A stretch of DNA of 32,910 nt from the NCBI GenBank assembly GCA_017621905.1, contig JAGASC010000198.1, positions 1 through 32,910 of the forward strand, given 5' to 3'. The stretch comes from Roseburia sp. Lineage in GTDB: Bacteria; Bacillota; Clostridia; Lachnospirales; Lachnospiraceae. Below are positions 28,771 to 32,910 of the stretch, piece after piece. Position numbers and translations under genes: made by a program. The first letter of the stretch is position 1; each line of letters begins with the position of its first letter. The notes under the pieces were generated by a model. That model saw nothing but the letters and a program-made list of their open reading frames with translations. It was not told where the DNA came from and searched no databases.

Positions 28771-30336
28771 TTGAAACAGCAGCAGAGATTTTTACCGGCA
28801 TTTATAGTGATCATGATCATGGCAGTGCTGATCGCATCGTATGTGGTGGCGGCATATGCGATGGTCAGGCCGGATGAAGACAGGATATGCAATGGTGTCT
28901 ATGCTGATGAAATAGATCTCAGCGGCATGACGGCGCAGGAGGCACAGAATGTCCTCAATGAACATATCGCGAAGCTGTCACAGCGCACGCTGACAGTAGA
29001 CATTAACGGCAAACTGGTCAGCACACCGCTGGCAGAGCTTGGCTATGCCTGCGAGTCAGGTCCGGTTATTGAGAAAGCGTTAAAGATCGGGAAAGAGGGC
29101 AACCTGTTTGAAAATTATGCCAGGATCAAAAAGGTGGCAGCAGAACATGTTGTATATACGCTGACGGAAAATTATTCGGATGAGAAACTGCAGGAATTTG
29201 TCAGGAAAAAATGTGCGAAAAAATGTACAAAAATGAAAAATTCCAGTATCCGGATGAAAAATGGGAAGCTCGAATATACAAAATCCCGTCAGGGAGAGGT
29301 GCTGGACGTCCAGGCGACGACCCGGGTGATCCAGGAGGCCCTGCGGGAGCAGGAGGATGCCGCTGAGGTAAAGGCGGCGGCTGTGGTCAACGTACAGGAA
29401 CCAAAGGTATCAAAGAAGCTTGCTTCCCGCTGCAAGGATGAACTGGGACGGTTTTCGACGAATTTCAATGCGGGAAATGTGAGCCGGTCGAAAAATGTGG
29501 CAAATGCGGCACGCCTGATCAATGGTTCTGTGATCAATCCCGGTGAGACATTTTCCGTGCATGATGTCATATCGCCGATGACGGAGGAAAACGGATATTA
29601 TGCCGCACCATCCTATAGTAATGGCGAAGTGGTGGATTCGATCGGGGGCGGCGTCTGCCAGGTGTCGACAACGCTCTATAATGCGGTACTCAGATCAGAG
29701 CTGGAGATCGTAGAGAGAAGTCCTCATTCCATGGTGGTGACCTATGTGAAGCCGTCTATGGATGCGGCGATCGCCGGTGATTATAAAGACCTGAAATTCC
29801 GCAACAATACAGAAGTCCCCATCTATATTGAGGGCGGCACGCTCTCCGGGACCGTGTTTTTCCATGTATATGGGGAAGAGACAAGAGATCCCGGGCGCAA
29901 AGTGGAATATGTGTCAGAGACGCTGGAGACGATGCAGCCGGGTGAAGATAAAGTCACCTATGATAAGACAAAACCGGCTTCCTTTATGGAAGTCACCCAG
30001 GAGGCACATATCGGTTATAAGGCGGTGCTCTGGAAGATCGTTACGGAGAACGGTGATACCAAAAAGACACAGGTCAACAGCAGCACATATAAAGCAGAAC
30101 CCCGCTATGTGACAAGGGGAGGAGCCAAAACAACGCCAAAACCGACGAAGGATCCCAAGGCGTCGGCAACGCCCAGGGCGACAGCAGCACCCAGAAAGAC
30201 GGCGTCGCCAAGATCAGTGCAGCCGGAGAAAACACCAAAACCGACAAAAAGACCTGTGGCGACGAAGGCACCAGAGCCGGCAGACCCGGCGGATGCGACG
30301 GCCGTGCCGGTACCGCCGGGCGGAGCGGCAGAGTAA
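28771..30336 (+). CDS. VanW-domain protein with N-terminal TM and Pro/Thr/Ala/Lys-rich tail
   Basis: TTG at 28771 after GGGAGG. INPGETFS, GGGVCQVSTTLYNA, ERSPHS and DLKFRNN. Confidence 0.88.
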   Translation: MKQQQRFLPAFIVIMIMAVLIASYVVAAYAMVRPDEDRICNGVYADEIDLSGMTAQEAQNVLNEHIAKLSQRTLTVDINGKLVSTPLAELGYACESGPVIEKALKIGKEGNLFENYARIKKVAAEHVVYTLTENYSDEKLQEFVRKKCAKKCTKMKNSSIRMKNGKLEYTKSRQGEVLDVQATTRVIQEALREQEDAAEVKAAAVVNVQEPKVSKKLASRCKDELGRFSTNFNAGNVSRSKNVANAARLINGSVINPGETFSVHDVISPMTEENGYYAAPSYSNGEVVDSIGGGVCQVSTTLYNAVLRSELEIVERSPHSMVVTYVKPSMDAAIAGDYKDLKFRNNTEVPIYIEGGTLSGTVFFHVYGEETRDPGRKVEYVSETLETMQPGEDKVTYDKTKPASFMEVTQEAHIGYKAVLWKIVTENGDTKKTQVNSSTYKAEPRYVTRGGAKTTPKPTKDPKASATPRATAAPRKTASPRSVQPEKTPKPTKRPVATKAPEPADPADATAVPVPPGGAAE

Positions 30337-30377
30337 GGCACATTATGATGTGCCGGCAGGGAAGAGGGGCAGGACAG

Positions 30378-31361
30378 ATGGAAATCGGGAAAATACCAGA
30401 AAATATATTGAAACGTTCGGTCTTTAAAAAACTGAGAGTAAAGAGACCGGAGGTCCTGGTCCATTCGGGGATCGGGGAGGATTGCAGTGCCCTGACGGCA
30501 GGCGGTGAGGTTATCGTACTCTCGACTGATCCCATTACCGGGACGGCGAAGGACATCGGGAAACTGGCATTTCATATCACTGCCAATGACATTGCCTCTT
30601 CCGGGGCAGAACTGATCGGCATGCTGCTGACGATCATTTTTCCGCCAGGGAGTACCGAGGAAGAATTAAAGGAGATCATGGAGGATGTGACAGCGCTGGC
30701 GGAGCAGTATAAGGTGGAAATCCTGGGCGGACATACGGAAGTATCTGCCGCCGTGAACCAGACACTGGTATCAGTGACTGGTGGGGGGAAGATCGCCCGA
30801 GACCGGATGATACAGACAGGCGGGCTGCGTCCCGGGCAGGATCTCGTTGTGACAAAATGGATCGGTCTGGAGGGGACGTCGATCCTGGCGAAAGAGAAAG
30901 AAGAATTATTGCGGCAGAGGCTGCCCCTGGAGATCTGGGAGACGGCAAGAGACTTTGACCAGTATCTCAGCGTCGTGCCGGATGCACAGACGGCGATGGA
31001 GGTCGGGGTGACAGCGATGCATGATGTGACAGAGGGCGGCATTTTTGGAGCGCTGTGGGAGATGGCGGCGGCGTCGGGTGTGGGGCTGGAGGTCGACCTT
31101 CGGAAGATCCCCGTCCGCCAGGAGACGATCGAAGTGTGTGAAATCTTTGATATCAATCCGTATATGCTGATATCCAGCGGTTCCATGCTGATCGGGACAG
31201 ACCACGGCAGCAGGATGGTGGAAGAACTGAAACGGGCGGGGATCCACAGTGCTGTTGTGGGATACGCCACAGCGGGCAATGACCGTGTGATCATAAATGG
31301 AGAAGAACGGCGCTTTTTAGAGCCGCCAAAGACCGATGAATTATTTCGTGCAGGGAGGTAA
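30378..31361 (+). CDS. AIR synthase-related (PurM/HypE-like) protein
   Basis: GIGEDC, STDPITG, ANDIASSGA, GGHTE and MHDVTEGG. Confidence 0.85.
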   Translation: MEIGKIPENILKRSVFKKLRVKRPEVLVHSGIGEDCSALTAGGEVIVLSTDPITGTAKDIGKLAFHITANDIASSGAELIGMLLTIIFPPGSTEEELKEIMEDVTALAEQYKVEILGGHTEVSAAVNQTLVSVTGGGKIARDRMIQTGGLRPGQDLVVTKWIGLEGTSILAKEKEELLRQRLPLEIWETARDFDQYLSVVPDAQTAMEVGVTAMHDVTEGGIFGALWEMAAASGVGLEVDLRKIPVRQETIEVCEIFDINPYMLISSGSMLIGTDHGSRMVEELKRAGIHSAVVGYATAGNDRVIINGEERRFLEPPKTDELFRAGR

Positions 31362-31367
31362 AAACAT

Positions 31368-31859
31368 ATGTTGCAAGAAAAAATCCTGAGAAATATTGCC
31401 AGAAATTCCAGAATATCCACAGAGGATCTGGCGGCGATGCTGTCAGCGTCTCCTGAGGAGATCCGGGAAGCAGTCGCCCAGATGGAGAAGGACGGTGTGA
31501 TCTGTGGTTATCCGACACTGATCAACTGGGACCGGATCGATGCGGAGCGTGTGACAGCGCTGATCGAGCTGAAGGTGACGCCGGAACGCGGCAGGGGCTT
31601 TGACCGGGCGGCAGAGCGGATCTATCAGTTTGATGAAGTGGAGAGTCTGTATCTGATGAGCGGCGGGGGCTTTGACCTCACGGTGATCGTTCACGGCAGA
31701 TCGATGAAAGAGGTGGCGCGCTTTGTGGCGACGAAGCTGGCGCCTATGGATGACATAGAGAGTACGGCGACACATTTTGTGTTGAAAAAATATAAAGAAT
31801 ACGGTCTTTCTCTCGGACAGAGGAAGACGAGAGATGAAAGGCAGTTGATCACACCATGA
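31368..31859 (+). CDS. Lrp/AsnC-family regulator
   Basis: N-terminal HTH, GVICGY, YLMSGGGFDL and TATHFVLKKYK. Confidence 0.9.
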   Translation: MLQEKILRNIARNSRISTEDLAAMLSASPEEIREAVAQMEKDGVICGYPTLINWDRIDAERVTALIELKVTPERGRGFDRAAERIYQFDEVESLYLMSGGGFDLTVIVHGRSMKEVARFVATKLAPMDDIESTATHFVLKKYKEYGLSLGQRKTRDERQLITP

Positions 31860-32910
31860 GAAATCCATTATCAAAGACCGTCCAGGAGCTGGCGCCTTCC
31901 GGGATCCGTCGTTTTTTTGACGTGGCAAATACGATGGATGATGTGATATCCCTGGGAGTCGGAGAGCCGGATTTTGACACTCCCTGGCATATCCGGGAAG
32001 AGGGGATCTATTCACTGGAACAGGGACGGACTTTTTATACATCCAATGCAGGACTTGCCGAGCTGAAAAGAGAGATCAGCCGTTATCTGAAACGCAGGTT
32101 TCAGCTTCCCTATACAGAGAATGAGGTTCTTGTCACCGTGGGCGGAAGTGAAGCCATCGACATTGCGTTCCGCGCCATGCTGGATCCGGGCGATGAGGTC
32201 ATTATCCCGGAGCCCTGTTTTGTCTCCTATTTTCCCTGTGTGAAGATGGCGGGAGGCAGTCCGGTGCGGCTTGCCCTGGAGGAAAAAGATGAGTTTAAAC
32301 TGACAAAAGAGAAGCTGATGTCGATACTGACGGATAAGACCAAGATCGTAGTCCTTCCTTTTCCCAACAATCCGACCGGTGCGATCATGACGGGAGAGGA
32401 ACTGCGGGATATTGCAGCGATCATCCGGGAGAGGGATCTCTTTGTTGTATCGGATGAGATTTATTCAGAACTGAGCTATCAGGGAGATCATGTATCGATC
32501 GCTTCCCTGTCGGGGATGGCAGAGCGCACGGTGGTGATCAACGGGTTTTCCAAATCCTATGCCATGACGGGATGGCGTCTTGGCTATGCAGCGGGACCGG
32601 AAGAGATCATCCAGCAGATGATCAAAGTGCACCAGTATGTCATTATGTGCGCCCCTACTACGAGTCAGTATGCGGCGATCGAGGCGCTGCGGCACGGGGA
32701 TGAAGACGTGGCATGCATGAGAGAGAGCTATGATGAGAGACGGCGGTTCCTGGTAAAGGAACTGAATGATATGGGTATCCCCTGTTTTGAACCGATGGGG
32801 GCATTTTATGTATTCCCCGGGATCCATCGATTTGGCATGACCTCGGAAGAATTTGCGACCAGTCTTCTCCGTCAGGAAAGGGTTGCCGTAGTCCCGGGTT
32901 CTGCCTTTGG
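31856..32910 (+). CDS. PLP-dependent aminotransferase class I/II (partial, runs off the right edge)
   Basis: ATG at 31856 overlaps the lrp stop. SLGVGEPDF, FPNNPTG, SDEIYSEL and INGFSKSYAMTGWRLGY. Confidence 0.92.
   Translation, partial: MRNPLSKTVQELAPSGIRRFFDVANTMDDVISLGVGEPDFDTPWHIREEGIYSLEQGRTFYTSNAGLAELKREISRYLKRRFQLPYTENEVLVTVGGSEAIDIAFRAMLDPGDEVIIPEPCFVSYFPCVKMAGGSPVRLALEEKDEFKLTKEKLMSILTDKTKIVVLPFPNNPTGAIMTGEELRDIAAIIRERDLFVVSDEIYSELSYQGDHVSIASLSGMAERTVVINGFSKSYAMTGWRLGYAAGPEEIIQQMIKVHQYVIMCAPTTSQYAAIEALRHGDEDVACMRESYDERRRFLVKELNDMGIPCFEPMGAFYVFPGIHRFGMTSEEFATSLLRQERVAVVPGSAF

Noticed and set aside
30120-30330. Repeats at the vanW 3' end
   Set aside because: Low-complexity Pro/Thr/Ala/Lys tail typical of surface proteins.
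28771-31361. Vancomycin resistance (vanW) or hydrogenase maturation (hypE) calls
   Set aside because: No vanHAX/RS or hyp/hydrogenase genes nearby; these look like widespread housekeeping paralogs.

Overview
Probably a gut Lachnospiraceae/Clostridia chromosome segment (inferred from gene content), in two parts. LEFT (1 to ~18.6 kb), a lower-GC nested accessory island: the 3' end of an IS3-family element cutting a MobA/MobL-type relaxase; single accessory genes (GNAT, TfoX-C, TIGR04076) each bracketed by a recurring 12-bp semi-palindrome; a 152-bp MITE; and a ~13.7-kb tyrosine-integrase element. That element has a frameshifted int, xre, xis, a repeat-rich origin-like region and a MobV relaxase, and carries a complete pstSCAB-phoU-phoB-phoR unit plus a sensor-less hybrid kinase. 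After it come wHTH/tnpW, LRR and serine-recombinase debris, and a RelE/ParE-type TA pair. RIGHT (~19.7 kb to the end), higher-GC core-like DNA: AraC with a divergent large secreted GH127/GH146-type beta-L-arabinofuranosidase, tRNA-Gly(TCC), a B12 radical SAM enzyme, a small membrane ORF, VanW, an AIR-synthase-like protein, Lrp and a partial aminotransferase. Strongest leads: (1) a duplicated, covarying stem-loop after both xre and xis whose unpaired CUACAC matches a 9-copy DNA repeat array nearby; (2) an integron-like cassette pattern built on 12-bp sites; (3) a mobile, self-regulating Pho module. All calls are by eye; no searches were run.
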